Numbered from the stretch's first letter, positions 36,665 through 47,334 are shown. The stretch: 64,000 nt of DNA from an uncultured Candidatus Saccharibacteria bacterium (GCA_964532425.1 CAZHIA010000007.1:8-64007), one strand, 5' to 3'. Numbers and translations: made by a program. The notes: generated by a model not told the origin, from the sequence alone.

Positions 36665-37575
36665 TTCGAGCTCCATCGTGCAAAGATTCCGGTCGATATC
36701 ATTCGACTCGTTTTTTGTTTGAGACAGAGCTCTCCGGCTTCCACGGTGCCTCCGCGCTGGCGGATGGTGTCTTCCAGGAGGTTATTGATGGCAAGGGCGG
36801 AAGAATTGGTGGCATACCCGTTGATGACTAAAAATCGGGCATTGTCCGAGAGCAGTTGTACGCACTCGGTCAGCATCTTGGGCAAGTCCTTGTTGAACTT
36901 CCAGGTCTTGCCGGTCGGGGAGTGGCCAAAGGCTGGCGGGTCCATGATGATGCCGTCATAGGTGTTGCCGCGCTTGAGTTCACGGTTGACGAATTTTGCC
37001 GCATCGTCCAGGATCCAACGGACTGAGTCGGCTGGTAACTGGTTCAGGGTATGGTTTTCGTTAGCCCAGGTGATGGCCGGCTTGCTGGCATCGACATGGG
37101 TAACATGGCATCCGGCTTTCGCGAGAACCATGGTTGCGCCGCCGGTATAGCCGAATAAGTTAAGAATTTTATATTTTTCTATTTTTATATTTTTCAATCT
37201 GTCTATCATGAATTCCCAATTGGCTGCCTGTTCGGCGAACAGTCCTGTGTGTTTGAACGGGGAAAGTTTGAGCAGGAATTTGACCGGATCACCGGACTGG
37301 CCATCGGGGAGAGGGAAGCTAGCTATCCATGGATTCGGCAGCTGTTTTTTTATGTCCCAGTACCCTTTGTCTTCTCCGCTGGCTGACCTGAACGTGGCAT
37401 GCGTTCTATTCCACTCTGTATCCGGCAGGGATCTTCGCCAGATAATTTGCGGGTCGGGTCGTTGCAAAATAACCTGCCCCCAGCGCTCCAGCCGATAGCC
37501 GTCGCCGGTATCAAGGAGTTCAAAATCGGGGAAATGTTTAAATGTCTCTAATAGCATGTATGAATCGATAATCAA
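36649..37575 (-). CDS. Class I SAM-dependent methyltransferase, probably an RlmI/RlmK-like rRNA methyltransferase.
   Basis: Motif I LNLFGYTGGATMVLA. DPPAFGHS (the DPP(Y/F) motif of N/C5 methyltransferases). About 308 aa. Confidence 0.7.
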   Translation of the reverse strand: MIIDSYMLLETFKHFPDFELLDTGDGYRLERWGQVILQRPDPQIIWRRSLPDTEWNRTHATFRSASGEDKGYWDIKKQLPNPWIASFPLPDGQSGDPVKFLLKLSPFKHTGLFAEQAANWEFMIDRLKNIKIEKYKILNLFGYTGGATMVLAKAGCHVTHVDASKPAITWANENHTLNQLPADSVRWILDDAAKFVNRELKRGNTYDGIIMDPPAFGHSPTGKTWKFNKDLPKMLTECVQLLSDNARFLVINGYATNSSALAINNLLEDTIRQRGGTVEAGELCLKQKTSRMISTGIFARWSSKTFDR

Positions 37576-37661
37576 AATGTATAGTAACTATACCATATTT
37601 TGCCCATCATCATGAAAACGCCATGGCAGGGGAGCCATGGCGTTCGGACATGATTGGATGT

Positions 37662-38069
37662 TTACTCCGCGGCTGTAATGTTGCCGAGTACAAAGCTGTC
37701 GAGCGAGCCTTCGTACGTAACGATAACTTTTTTTCCGATAAGGGAGGAAAAATCGCGGCTGGTTTTGAGATAGATATTCCGCTCGGGGGTGGCAAGCATG
37801 AGATTGCCCTTGGCCCGGTTATTGGATTCTTTCAGAACGCCTTCCCATGAGCTGCCTGCCTGCTTGGTGGTCGTTGTTGCGGCTGGTGCGGGTGTGGAGG
37901 CCTGTTGTTGCTCCTGCTTTTGCGCTTCGCTGTTCGGAACTGCTTCCTCATGCGGATTGCGGGCGAAGAACCAAATGACCGCGGCGATAATGGCAAGTAC
38001 TACAATGGCATACCCCCAGTAGGTTTTGATGATTTTTCCCATAATTATGCTAGATAATGTTTCATACAT
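37662..38069 (-). CDS. Hypothetical membrane-anchored protein (about 125-135 aa).
   Basis: N-terminal TM helix, Q/A/T-rich linker and small C-terminal domain. Start ambiguous, with no strong RBS. Confidence 0.45.
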   Translation of the reverse strand: MYETLSSIIMGKIIKTYWGYAIVVLAIIAAVIWFFARNPHEEAVPNSEAQKQEQQQASTPAPAATTTTKQAGSSWEGVLKESNNRAKGNLMLATPERNIYLKTSRDFSSLIGKKVIVTYEGSLDSFVLGNITAAE

Positions 38070-38287
38070 AGTGTAGCGGTTTTACGGCTTTTGTCAAAGC
38101 ATAAAAATTCCTAAGAAGTCTTAGGGGCTTTTATGGCGAGGCAGACCGCGCCCTGCACTGGATGGTGCAGGGCGGGGATTCCGCCTCGTGGCCCTGCAGG
38201 GCCACTTCGTTGTCCGGGGCAGGGGAGACTAAGGTCCGGCGGGGATACATCCTACGCTAAAGCTTCGGAGTACTGGAGTCGGTCGCC

Positions 38288-38575
38288 TCACGCTGCGCTT
38301 AGATACCCTCTGACCATTTGTCTCAAAGTAACCTTTCCTTTGGTTGTTTTGAAGTAGGATTCTCTTCGTAAAGCGTCTTTCTTGGACGGAAAGGCTTCGT
38401 AGAAGATTAGTTCAAGAGGGCGTCGGTCTTTCGTTGACACGTTTTTCCCGGAATTATGATCGCGTACTCGGGTTTTTAAATTCTCGGAATAACCAATATA
38501 AAACAGCCTATCTTTGAGGCTGCGAAGTATATACACATAATGAAATTGTATTGGCATATAGTTAGCGGTTACCAT
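38288..38575 (-). CDS. GIY-YIG nuclease superfamily protein (UPF0213-like).
   Basis: YVYILRS...LFYIGYSENLKTRVRDHN...KTTKGK matches the GIY-YIG core. The true start may be the internal Met (MPIQFHYVYIL). Confidence 0.7.
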   Translation of the reverse strand: MVTANYMPIQFHYVYILRSLKDRLFYIGYSENLKTRVRDHNSGKNVSTKDRRPLELIFYEAFPSKKDALRRESYFKTTKGKVTLRQMVRGYLSAA

Positions 38576-38747
38576 TGTTTATAGTATACCACTAGTATAA
38601 AACACAAGCCGTGTACCGCTCGCTACGACATAAATGTCGGCTCGGGTACACGGCATGAACCAGTCGCACATAGTTTCGCGCCCATAAACTTACTCAAGTT
38701 CGTGGCCGTGCCATGAACCGGAGCGAATTTGATGAGCGACTGGTTCA

Positions 38748-38823
38748 TGGTGGGTCCGGCGGGGATCGAACCCGCGACAAACGGCTTAAAAGGCCGCTGC
38801 TCTACCAACTGAGCTACAGACCC
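38748..38823 (-). tRNA. tRNA-Lys (anticodon UUU), with encoded CCA.
   Basis: Reverse complement reads GGGTCTGTAGCTCAGTTGGTAGAGCAGCGGCCTTTTAAGCCGTTTGTCGCGGGTTCGATCCCCGCCGGACCCACCA. Canonical cloverleaf, anticodon loop CTTTTAA. Confidence 0.9.
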
Positions 38824-38835
38824 GGATGGATCAAA

Positions 38836-38906
38836 CAATTGACCTTTAACCTTTGACATTTAACCACCCTGCAGCTGTCAAAGGTCAAATGTCACCTGTT
38901 AAATGT
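38836..38906. repeat. MITE-like palindromic element (TTGACCTTTAACCTTTGACATTTAACC - CCTGCAGCTG - TCAAAGGTCAAATGTCACCTGTTAAATG).
   Basis: Central CTGCAG and TTGAC-heptad arms, the same architecture as 36578..36664 and 58078..58147. Confidence 0.6.
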
Positions 38907-39028
38907 TTCATTGCCTTGATATTCTATAATAAATCGCATTTTTTTTCAAGGGCGCGTAGCTTTGAGGATTTATCCACTGGCAATGTCTATTTATTTATGC
39001 CATAATAATAACGAACTGTAAAAAATCC

Positions 39029-39565
39029 ATGAAAAATAAAAATCAAAGCAAGAGCCTCTTCCATTCCAACAAGAGCGCGTCCGGCTTCACCCTTATCGAG
39101 TTACTTGTGGTGGTAGCTATTATCGCATTGCTTGCATCAGTTATTTTGGTTGGTATGTACCAAGCCCGGCAGAAGTCTCGGGATGCCAGACGTATTGCTG
39201 ACATGGCTCAAATGAATACGGCTCTAGAGATTTATTTTAATACATATCGCGGGTATCCTGCGGATGACGATACCAACGGCCAGCCTGATAATTTTGACCA
39301 GTTTACCAGAGTTTTGCCCGTGGCTCCGGTGCCTCCTGACGGGACTTGTTCGGGTTCGACCCATAGCCCGGGGTCTTGTGGAGGAGCTAATCAGATCCCG
39401 TGCGGTATTCCTGCTAACACCTATTATTACGCTCCGACCGGAACCCCTCAGACCATCAATGGCGTTAAGGTGTATCCCGGGTATAATTACCTCTTTTGTC
39501 TTGGCGCTCCTACTGGGAATTTCAGTGCAGGTGAGCATGTGCTTACCGCCCAAGGCATTCGTTGA
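39029..39565 (+). CDS. Type IV pilin-like / pseudopilin protein with a prepilin-type N-terminal cleavage/methylation motif.
   Basis: GFTLIELLVVVAIIALLASV (class III signal, G-F-T-L-I-E) followed by a Cys-containing globular domain. Confidence 0.75.
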   Translation: MKNKNQSKSLFHSNKSASGFTLIELLVVVAIIALLASVILVGMYQARQKSRDARRIADMAQMNTALEIYFNTYRGYPADDDTNGQPDNFDQFTRVLPVAPVPPDGTCSGSTHSPGSCGGANQIPCGIPANTYYYAPTGTPQTINGVKVYPGYNYLFCLGAPTGNFSAGEHVLTAQGIR

Positions 39566-39643
39566 CATTCTGCCGTTTCAAATCCCGGCCTGCAAGACAG
39601 GCCGGGATTTTCATTTGCCCGCAAATCGGTATAATATGAACGT

Positions 39644-41122
39644 ATGCAGTTAACCTTGAATGAAATCAAAAGCCAGGTATACGCTAAACGGCCGATACTG
39701 GGGGAAATCATCGCTACTCATGGGCATCGCACGCTTTTGGACTATGCCAGGCAATATGCGGATAATTTAGCCGCGGTCGAGCCCGCCCGAAAACGCGATT
39801 TTGTCAATGTTGTGGCAGAAGAAGCCGGTCGGGTGCTTGGTGCGGCGACAGCTGAGAGCGTACGCCGTCATTTGAATAAATACTACTATGTTTCTACCAC
39901 CGACCACCATGGTCCGCTCAGTCATCCGTTTTTTTTGCATGCCAACCTGTTAGCCGCTGCCCCGCACGAGCACGCCGAGGCTGGCCATGAGCAATTTGTC
40001 GTATTGGCATGCAGTAATGTCTCGCTGAATAACTCCTCGTATCCCCGCGGCGTTTTATTCCACTCCCATTTGGGCGATGAAGTTTCGCTGAGGTATGTCA
40101 GTTTGTTTCCTTCCCGGGACCGGCACAGCCCGGTCTTCAACCAGCCGGCGTATTCCAGCCGGGCGGCAGCACTGTTGCGCCGCGAGCTGGAACAGACGGT
40201 GGCAGCGGGAGTCCCGCGGTCTCGTGTTGACGCAATTGTCGACCTGTTTGGCCGCGCGGCTTTTTCAGATCAGAATTACTCGGACCAAATTACCAGGATC
40301 AATGCGGAATTATGGCACATGTTTTTTCCCGTGCACAGGACTGCCCCTGGGCTGGTGACCTTGAGCCAGGAGCGTGTGACCTTGCTTTTGCTTGAACGCT
40401 ACCATCTATTCCAGGTAACTGACATACACCGGATCCTGTTTGACCCGGACATTCATCGGGAAGTGTTGGACCGTTTTGAGGGGATCCCCGGAGCCTTCAC
40501 GCTCCGCGAAGGTAGGGGAACGTTTCTGTTCTGGGGGTATGATCGCAAAACCCGATTGCGGTTCAAGCTGCTGCCGGAAGACGGATATCTTGTCTCCCCC
40601 GACCGGACGTTCCGCGTGCGGCTGAATCCGGAAGCTGTAGCTGTGGCTATCAGGGCGGGCGAACTCATCCCAAGCATGCTCGTAACCTTGCTGCTCTATT
40701 CGTGTTATTACGGGGTGAAGTGTTTGGGAGGGTTTAGCCAGGTCAACTATTTGACTTGGATGCAGCAGGCATATGCGAAAATTTTTCCTGCCGCTCAAGC
40801 CATGGGTGATACTAAAGCGCTGTGTGGCGATCTGGTGTTTGCGAATATTTCTCTCGGGAACGACGATACGGCTGCGGCAACCGGACTGGACTTTATTCTG
40901 TACGGGTCGGAAGACTCATATCAGCAGTTTTTAGATCTCTGTCATCGGCACACGTTGGCTGAAACGCTAGATCCTATCCTGCCCGTGCTGCACCGCATCC
41001 TCTATGCTGAAAGCAGTCCGGTCGAATATTCCGGCTCTACTTATGACCGGGAATTTAAGATAGTCAGGCATCCGGCCCAGCCGCTTTTTAAGGTGCGTAA
41101 CCATGCCTTTTGCCCCGTTTAA
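39644..41122 (+). CDS. Hypothetical protein (492 aa), no family recognised.
   Basis: Long clean ORF. The spacer between the pilin gene and this ORF contains a short hairpin. Confidence 0.5.
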   Translation: MQLTLNEIKSQVYAKRPILGEIIATHGHRTLLDYARQYADNLAAVEPARKRDFVNVVAEEAGRVLGAATAESVRRHLNKYYYVSTTDHHGPLSHPFFLHANLLAAAPHEHAEAGHEQFVVLACSNVSLNNSSYPRGVLFHSHLGDEVSLRYVSLFPSRDRHSPVFNQPAYSSRAAALLRRELEQTVAAGVPRSRVDAIVDLFGRAAFSDQNYSDQITRINAELWHMFFPVHRTAPGLVTLSQERVTLLLLERYHLFQVTDIHRILFDPDIHREVLDRFEGIPGAFTLREGRGTFLFWGYDRKTRLRFKLLPEDGYLVSPDRTFRVRLNPEAVAVAIRAGELIPSMLVTLLLYSCYYGVKCLGGFSQVNYLTWMQQAYAKIFPAAQAMGDTKALCGDLVFANISLGNDDTAAATGLDFILYGSEDSYQQFLDLCHRHTLAETLDPILPVLHRILYAESSPVEYSGSTYDREFKIVRHPAQPLFKVRNHAFCPV

Positions 41123-41573
41123 GGTGCTTTGCTGGGGCACATGGCTGCCATGAGCGTATTGTCCAGGGATTTCGTTATGGGACAGTGAACCGTCCGTGTT
41201 GACAAAAGTGAGTAGCAACGATACCATATCCGTATATGAAGCGCTTCGCTCAAAATTTCTGGTTTTATTTTATGTTCGGCCTTAAGGCCGGAAGTTTTGA
41301 GTTGATCAGATCGCAGATACGCGGATAGCGCGGATGACGCTGAACTTTCGACTCCTGACTTCCGGCCTTAAGAGGGGCCGGAGTTTTTTATTTTTGGGGT
41401 CTGTTGCCGAATGCCATTTTGACTGTAATTGCAGAATTTCGGCCATTCGGCCAAAAAAATTTTTCCGCTTAGCCTACAGCTAAACATCAAAATTTATTTT
41501 GCCCGACTGTCTCGAGATTCTGCAATCTCGTCTGAAAAGCGCATTCGGCAATAGACCCATTCAAGGAGGAATC

Positions 41574-41792
41574 ATGTCGCTGTTTGATTTGGTGGGGACC
41601 CATGTCACCATTAATACGCCTGAACACCCACATACGCGCGTGCGGGTCGTCCATGTGTTTCGTGCGCCCGAAGAAAACTGCCAGCGTGCCGGCACTGAAC
41701 AAAAGGCCGAGCTATGGTGCGAGGTTGTACTACCCGATAACCAGGTAGTCACTGTGCAAAACTTGACCATGGAACGAGTGTTGTCGCACTAA
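41574..41792 (+). CDS. Small hypothetical protein (72 aa).
   Basis: AAGGAGG RBS 4 nt before the ATG (MSLFDLVG...). Confidence 0.5.
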   Translation: MSLFDLVGTHVTINTPEHPHTRVRVVHVFRAPEENCQRAGTEQKAELWCEVVLPDNQVVTVQNLTMERVLSH

Positions 41793-41813
41793 GGAATGTA
41801 CCAAGGAGGTTAT

Positions 41814-42050
41814 ATGGATGCTGTTATTAATGATTCCAGCCAGCGAGACCCTGGGAAAGAACCGGTATTTCTGCACTTGCCTGACCATTGCATTATGGTG
41901 CGCCTGGGAGAATACCATGTGCGCTGCGTCTACCATGATACACCGCCGTTAGTTATTAGCGATCCATCTGTTATTACCGCAGCGCGGTTGAAGGAAGAAT
42001 GGGGGAGCGCGGGGGATCGGATGGGAGGTAGGCCGGTGCCTGCAGCCTGA
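41814..42050 (+). CDS. Small hypothetical protein (78 aa).
   Basis: AAGGAGG RBS 5 nt before the ATG (MDAVINDSS...). Sits 21 nt after the preceding small gene. Confidence 0.5.
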   Translation: MDAVINDSSQRDPGKEPVFLHLPDHCIMVRLGEYHVRCVYHDTPPLVISDPSVITAARLKEEWGSAGDRMGGRPVPAA

Positions 42051-42254
42051 TTATGGAGCGAGGTCTGTATCGTCATGTGTGGGGAGATACTCATGTCTCC
42101 CCATTTTTATTTTGTCGGTCGTCTATAGCTTTACTGGAACCGCCTGGGGGTTTTCCGCAACACCCTATGTATGGTATGATTAATCATGCGGGATTAGACT
42201 AAAATTCCCAGAATTAAGCACAGGAAGCGCGGAGTATAATTAATTTTTACGTTC

Positions 42255-43820
42255 ATGAATGCCCGGGGCTTTTTTACCAAAAAGAAAATAATTTGGACAA
42301 TCATCATCCTTCTCATTGTCGGATTTGTCGGGTACCGCATTTCCCAGCGGGGGAAGGGGGTGTCCGGTATACAGACCGATACGGCCAAGGTGCGAAATCT
42401 GAAGTCAACAGTGCTGGCTACCGGCCAAGTAGTCTCGGGCACCGATCTTCAGCTGAGCTTTAAATCGGGCGGAATCGTGGAGCGGGTTTTAGTTAAAGAA
42501 GGTTCAAAGGTCAAACAGGGAGATGTCCTGGCGTCTTTGGACCAGCGGGACCAGCAGGCCAGTCTGACTTCGGCCCGTGGGAGCTTAGCCCAGGCCCAGG
42601 CCGGTTATCAGCGCGTCATTGCCGGGGCATCCTCTGAAGAAGTAGCGGTTTCCCAGCGTGCGGTAGATGCCGCCCAGGTGGCGCTTGAGAGCGCAAAAAA
42701 GAGCCTTGAGAATACCCGGCAGCAGCAGGAAACAGCCGTGCAGAATGCTTACTCAAGCTTGCTGAATTCCGGCTTGGCAGCGGTTGCCAGTCCGGGGAAT
42801 ACCGGCAGCGGTTCCCTGGCGGTGACCGGCACCTATACCGGTACGGACCAGGGTATGTACAAGATTTCTATTTATAGTTCCGGTTCTGGGCAGCGCTTCC
42901 AGATTTCCGGATTGGAAAGTATGGACGGCGAAGTGAAGTCGGTCCCGGTTCCTCTCGGTACCCGCGGGCTGTTCGTTCAATCCGTTGGCCAGTTGAACGC
43001 TAATGATTCCTGGACGGTTACGATCCCGAATACTATGTCAGCCACCTATGTGACCGCTTATAACGCGTATCAGGCGGCCTTAAAAGCCAGGCAGTCAGCC
43101 GTGGACGCCGCCCAATCTCAAATCAACAGCGCCCAGACGAGCCTAGACCAGGCTCGCGCCGCCCTCGACCTGAAGCGGGCCCAGGCCCGTCCGGCCGACA
43201 TCGAAGCGGCGCAGGCTCAGATTTTGACTGCTCAAGGACAGGTACAAGCCGCACAGGCAGCTTTGGAAAATACCGTCATTCGCGCGCCGGCAGATGGCAC
43301 CATTACCGGAGTCGATATTAAGCCCGGCGAACTGGCGACAGCTATGAAAGAGGTTTTCGTCCTGCAGGATATCGGCAATTTGCATGCGGAAGCCAATGTT
43401 AGCGAAGCTAATATTGCTTCGCTCCAATCCGGACAAAGCGTTGATCTGACCTTTGATGCTTTAGGCCCGGACCGGCATTTTACCGGTACCGTACAAACGG
43501 TGAACCCGGCCTCAACTGTGGTTTCTGGGGTGGTAAACTACAAGGTAACCGCGAGTCTCGACAATATTCCGGACATCAAGCCGGGTATGACCGCGAATAT
43601 GACAGTGCTGGTCGCCCAAAAGGATAATGTCCTGGCCATTCCGCTGCGGGCGGTCATAAACCGGGATAACAAGAAGTATGTACGGGTTATTACTGATCCC
43701 AAAAAGAATACGTACGAAGAACGCCAGGTCACGACCGGCTTGGAAGCGGACGAAGGCCTCGTCGAAGTAACCTCAGGCCTGAAAGCAGGAGACGTTGTGG
43801 TGACGTTTATTAAGCAATAG
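42255..43820 (+). CDS. Efflux-pump periplasmic adaptor (HlyD/MacA family) with an enlarged central domain.
   Basis: N-terminal TM helix. Lipoyl-like GDVLASLD motif. Long coiled-coil hairpin (QAQAGYQRV...AAQAQILTAQGQVQAAQAALENTVIRAP). C-terminal beta-barrel domain. First gene of an operon with an ABC ATPase and two FtsX-like permeases. Confidence 0.75.
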   Translation: MNARGFFTKKKIIWTIIILLIVGFVGYRISQRGKGVSGIQTDTAKVRNLKSTVLATGQVVSGTDLQLSFKSGGIVERVLVKEGSKVKQGDVLASLDQRDQQASLTSARGSLAQAQAGYQRVIAGASSEEVAVSQRAVDAAQVALESAKKSLENTRQQQETAVQNAYSSLLNSGLAAVASPGNTGSGSLAVTGTYTGTDQGMYKISIYSSGSGQRFQISGLESMDGEVKSVPVPLGTRGLFVQSVGQLNANDSWTVTIPNTMSATYVTAYNAYQAALKARQSAVDAAQSQINSAQTSLDQARAALDLKRAQARPADIEAAQAQILTAQGQVQAAQAALENTVIRAPADGTITGVDIKPGELATAMKEVFVLQDIGNLHAEANVSEANIASLQSGQSVDLTFDALGPDRHFTGTVQTVNPASTVVSGVVNYKVTASLDNIPDIKPGMTANMTVLVAQKDNVLAIPLRAVINRDNKKYVRVITDPKKNTYEERQVTTGLEADEGLVEVTSGLKAGDVVVTFIKQ

Positions 43821-43907
43821 TTAGTTCACGGATACGCTGATATCACGGATGACGCAGAAGTGCCATCCGCGGGGTCCGCGTACTCCGCGTATCAGCGAGA
43901 TAACTGT

Positions 43908-44624
43908 ATGAGCTTAATCAAAGTAGATAATCTTAAAAAGGATTATGTGAATGAAGGCGTGGTCACACCGGTACTCCACGGAATGTCTTTTGCTATTGAG
44001 CCCGGCGAGTTCGTGGCTATTATGGGTCCGTCCGGTAGCGGTAAATCCACGCTCATGCATATTTTGAGCTTTCTCGACCGGTCGACGGGTGGTCGGTACG
44101 AGTTTGAAGGGGAGGATACCGTGAATTTTGACGATGATTACCTGGCTGAGCTGCGCAACCAGCGGGTCGGTTTCGTATTCCAATCATTTAACCTTCTCGC
44201 CCGCACTACGGTGTTCGACAACGTAAAACTTCCCCTACTGTACAGCGGCAAGAAGGATCAAAATGCCCTAGCCCGCCAAGCGCTGGATGCGGTGGGTCTG
44301 TCCCACCGGCTTGGGTACTATACTAATCAGATTTCCGGCGGGGAGAAACAGCGCGTGGCCATTGCGCGCGCCTTGGTCTGTGATCCAGCCGTTATTTTTG
44401 CCGATGAGCCCACCGGCAACCTGGATTCCAAATCCGGCAATACGGTTATGTACCTGTTACAGCAACTTAATGATCAGGGGAGGACTATTATTCTGGTTAC
44501 GCATGAGTCCGATACGGCCAATCATGCCAAGCGTATCATTCGCGTTAAAGACGGCTTGCTCGTAAGTGACCAGCCTGTGACGCACCGGACAATTGCCACG
44601 GCGGACAAAGAACTGATAAAGTAA
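43908..44624 (+). CDS. ABC transporter ATP-binding protein (MacB/LolD-type).
   Basis: Walker [10 protein letters not shown], signature [15 protein letters not shown] and Walker [13 protein letters not shown]. Start set at MSLIKVDNL. Confidence 0.9.
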   Translation: MSLIKVDNLKKDYVNEGVVTPVLHGMSFAIEPGEFVAIMGPSGSGKSTLMHILSFLDRSTGGRYEFEGEDTVNFDDDYLAELRNQRVGFVFQSFNLLARTTVFDNVKLPLLYSGKKDQNALARQALDAVGLSHRLGYYTNQISGGEKQRVAIARALVCDPAVIFADEPTGNLDSKSGNTVMYLLQQLNDQGRTIILVTHESDTANHAKRIIRVKDGLLVSDQPVTHRTIATADKELIK

Positions 44625-44720
44625 TTGATCAAAATTAAATAAACTTAAGTAAAATTGACAAAATTGACTGCAGTTACAATTTGTTAATTTTATTTAATTT
44701 GTAAATTTTACTTAATTCCG
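44625..44720. repeat. AT-rich MITE-like palindromic element (centre GACTGCAGTTAC) in the ATPase-permease spacer.
   Basis: Shares the block AATTTGTTAATTTTATTTAATTTGTAAATTTTACTTAATT with 30046..30128. The left arm also carries TTGAC repeats. Confidence 0.6.
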
Positions 44721-45992
44721 TTGAATTTTTTAAGCACGCTCAAACTCATCTCCCGTACCTTGCTGGCCCGCAAAGGCCGGTCCTTTTTGACAATCCTTGG
44801 GATCGTGATCGGCGTTGCTGGTGTTATTATCATCATCGCACTTGGCGCCGGGGCGCAGTCATTGGTCCTCGGTCAGGTGACCAAGCTCGGTTCGAACCTG
44901 CTTTCAGTCCAGCCGGGCAAGAGCAATGAAAAAGGTCCGCCGTCCCAGGTATTTGGTATCGTGGTGACTTCCCTGATCGGGCAGGATGCTGACGCGCTGC
45001 GTGATTCCGGCCGCGTACCGCATGCTGCGGCGGTCAACGCCAATGTCAGGGGTGGGGGAGCGGCGGTGTGGGGCAACCAGAGTACGGATACTAATTTCGT
45101 CGGAACGGATTACGCTTACCCGCTGGTGGTGAACATTACCATGAAGGAAGGGCAGTTTTTAGACAAGCAGCAGGACCAGGGAAATGCCAACGTTGTTGTG
45201 TTGGGGTCGCAGGTGGCCGATGAATTGTTCGGCGGCAGCGGCGTCGATCCGGTTGGTCAGGTGATAAAGCTTAAAAGCGCCAATAACCCTGATGCAGGAG
45301 GCGTGCCGCTGCGTGTTATCGGCGTAGTGGCCCCGCGCGGTAGCGCGTTTTTCCAGAACATGGACGACCAGGTTTTTGTACCGCTCGCCATTGCTCAGGA
45401 GCAGCTGCTCGGTATCCATTACTTGCAGGCGATTAACATTAAAGTCGACAGTTCCGAAAATGTAGACCAGACCATCAGCGACGTAAAAGCAGTGTTGAAC
45501 CAGCAACACCATATTAAGCGGGATATTGACGCTGATTTCACCGTACGCAACGTTGCGGATGCCGTGGATATTTTAAAGACTATCACCAATGCTTTGAGCC
45601 TGTTCCTGACGGCTATGGCTGCCATTTCGCTCGTTGTCGGCGGGATTGGTATATTGAATATCATGCTCGTGACCGTAGCGGAACGGACGCGCGAAATTGG
45701 ACTGCGCAAGGCGGTCGGCGCGAAGAATGGAGCTATATTGACCCAGTTCCTGTTCGAAGCCGGTATTCTGACATCTCTCGGAGGCATTGTTGGAATTATT
45801 GTCGGCGTGATCGTTTCGTATTTGGCTGCCGTGCTTATGGACCATTTGGGATACGACTGGGCTTTCGTGGTCTCGCCGTTGTCAGTGGTTCTCGCAGTCG
45901 GTGTCTCCATTCTGACCGGTGTGGTATTCGGCTCCTACCCGGCGTATAAGGCCAGCAAACTCGACCCTATAGAAGCGCTCAGGTACGAATAA
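44721..45992 (+). CDS. ABC transporter permease, FtsX/MacB-type (1 of 2).
   Basis: N-terminal TM helix, large periplasmic domain and C-terminal three TM helices with the RTREIGLRKAVGA motif. Confidence 0.85.
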   Translation: MNFLSTLKLISRTLLARKGRSFLTILGIVIGVAGVIIIIALGAGAQSLVLGQVTKLGSNLLSVQPGKSNEKGPPSQVFGIVVTSLIGQDADALRDSGRVPHAAAVNANVRGGGAAVWGNQSTDTNFVGTDYAYPLVVNITMKEGQFLDKQQDQGNANVVVLGSQVADELFGGSGVDPVGQVIKLKSANNPDAGGVPLRVIGVVAPRGSAFFQNMDDQVFVPLAIAQEQLLGIHYLQAINIKVDSSENVDQTISDVKAVLNQQHHIKRDIDADFTVRNVADAVDILKTITNALSLFLTAMAAISLVVGGIGILNIMLVTVAERTREIGLRKAVGAKNGAILTQFLFEAGILTSLGGIVGIIVGVIVSYLAAVLMDHLGYDWAFVVSPLSVVLAVGVSILTGVVFGSYPAYKASKLDPIEALRYE

Positions 45993-46086
45993 GGTATTAG
46001 CTGCCAGCTTATAGCTTATAGGAGAATCCGATTAAGTGTTCTGAACAGGTGTTCCTATAAGCTGAAAGCTATAAGCTCATAAATAT

Positions 46087-47334
46087 ATGTTTCGCTCATT
46101 TACTCTCGCTATTAAACAGTTGTTCTCTAATCCCGCCCGTACAGGGTTGACGACACTTGGTATTGTCATCGGCATAGCAACAGTCATTTTGGTATTGTCT
46201 GCCGGGGCGGGATTTCGGAGTCTGATCAATAACCAGGTGGAGCAGGCGGGAACCAATTTGGTCGAAGTTCAAACGCGCGTACCGGCGGTGACCAAAAACC
46301 GGAGTGCGGCCAGTGCGGGAGTCAGCCGCGCTAATTCCGCCGTAGCAATTACGACGCTCAAGAATCGAGATATTGCCTCGATCAAGCGCGTGCCGAACGT
46401 AGTCAATGCTTACGGGGTCGTGCTGACCCAGAAGGTTGCCGGTTACCGCGATGTAGTTAAGAACGTGCTGGTCTACGGGGCCGGTGCCGAACGGTTTGAG
46501 ATCGACAAGAATACTTTGAGCGAAGGGCAATTCTATACCCAGGAGCAGGATAACGCGGCTGACCAGGTAGTGATCTTGGGCAACAAGCTGGCAGAAGACC
46601 TGTTCGGGCAAGACGAGCCGCTTGGCCAACTGGTTAAGATTGGCGATTTGAATTTCCGCGTCATTGGCGTGTACAAGACCATGGGCGGTTTTAACTCCAT
46701 GGAAGACGAGGCGGCGTTTGTTCCACTCGTGACGACCCAGAAAAAGCTGATGGGTGTCGACTATATGACGGTGATAGTCGCGCAGATGAGGGATGGTAAT
46801 CTTGGTGAATCAACGTCTCAGGATATTACTGCCGTGCTGCGACAGAATCATCGCATCACCGACCCGGACAAGGACGATTTTATCGTTCAAACTGCAACTC
46901 AGGCACTGGATACGTTTAATACTATCTTCAACGGCATCACTATTCTACTCATTGCCATAGCGGCAATTTCACTCGTAGTCGGTGGAGTGGGAATTATGAA
47001 TATTATGTACGTGGTGGTGACCGAGCGCACTTCGGAGATTGGCCTGAAAAAAGCCGTAGGCGCGAAAAATTCCGACATTTTGTCCGAGTTCCTCATAGAA
47101 TCGATATTGGTCACGGTTGTGGGAGGGGGAGTGGGGATATTGTTCGGAGGTTTCTTGGGCTGGGTGGTGGCCGTCATTGCTGAAGCCAATAACTTGGCGT
47201 GGACTTTTTCCGTGCCGCTCTATGCAGTTCTGATAGGTTTTGGGGTTTCGGCTGCCATCGGCATTGTGTTCGGCGTTCTTCCTGCCCGGTCTGCGGCTAA
47301 GCTTGATCCAGTCGAGGCAATGAGATACGAATGA
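46087..47334 (+). CDS. ABC transporter permease, FtsX/MacB-type (2 of 2).
   Basis: Same architecture, with the motif RTSEIGLKKAVGA. Confidence 0.85.
   Translation: MFRSFTLAIKQLFSNPARTGLTTLGIVIGIATVILVLSAGAGFRSLINNQVEQAGTNLVEVQTRVPAVTKNRSAASAGVSRANSAVAITTLKNRDIASIKRVPNVVNAYGVVLTQKVAGYRDVVKNVLVYGAGAERFEIDKNTLSEGQFYTQEQDNAADQVVILGNKLAEDLFGQDEPLGQLVKIGDLNFRVIGVYKTMGGFNSMEDEAAFVPLVTTQKKLMGVDYMTVIVAQMRDGNLGESTSQDITAVLRQNHRITDPDKDDFIVQTATQALDTFNTIFNGITILLIAIAAISLVVGGVGIMNIMYVVVTERTSEIGLKKAVGAKNSDILSEFLIESILVTVVGGGVGILFGGFLGWVVAVIAEANNLAWTFSVPLYAVLIGFGVSAAIGIVFGVLPARSAAKLDPVEAMRYE

Noticed and set aside
38623-38859. 78-aa minus-strand ORF
   Set aside because: It is entirely overlapped by a canonical tRNA-Lys(UUU) gene on the same strand.
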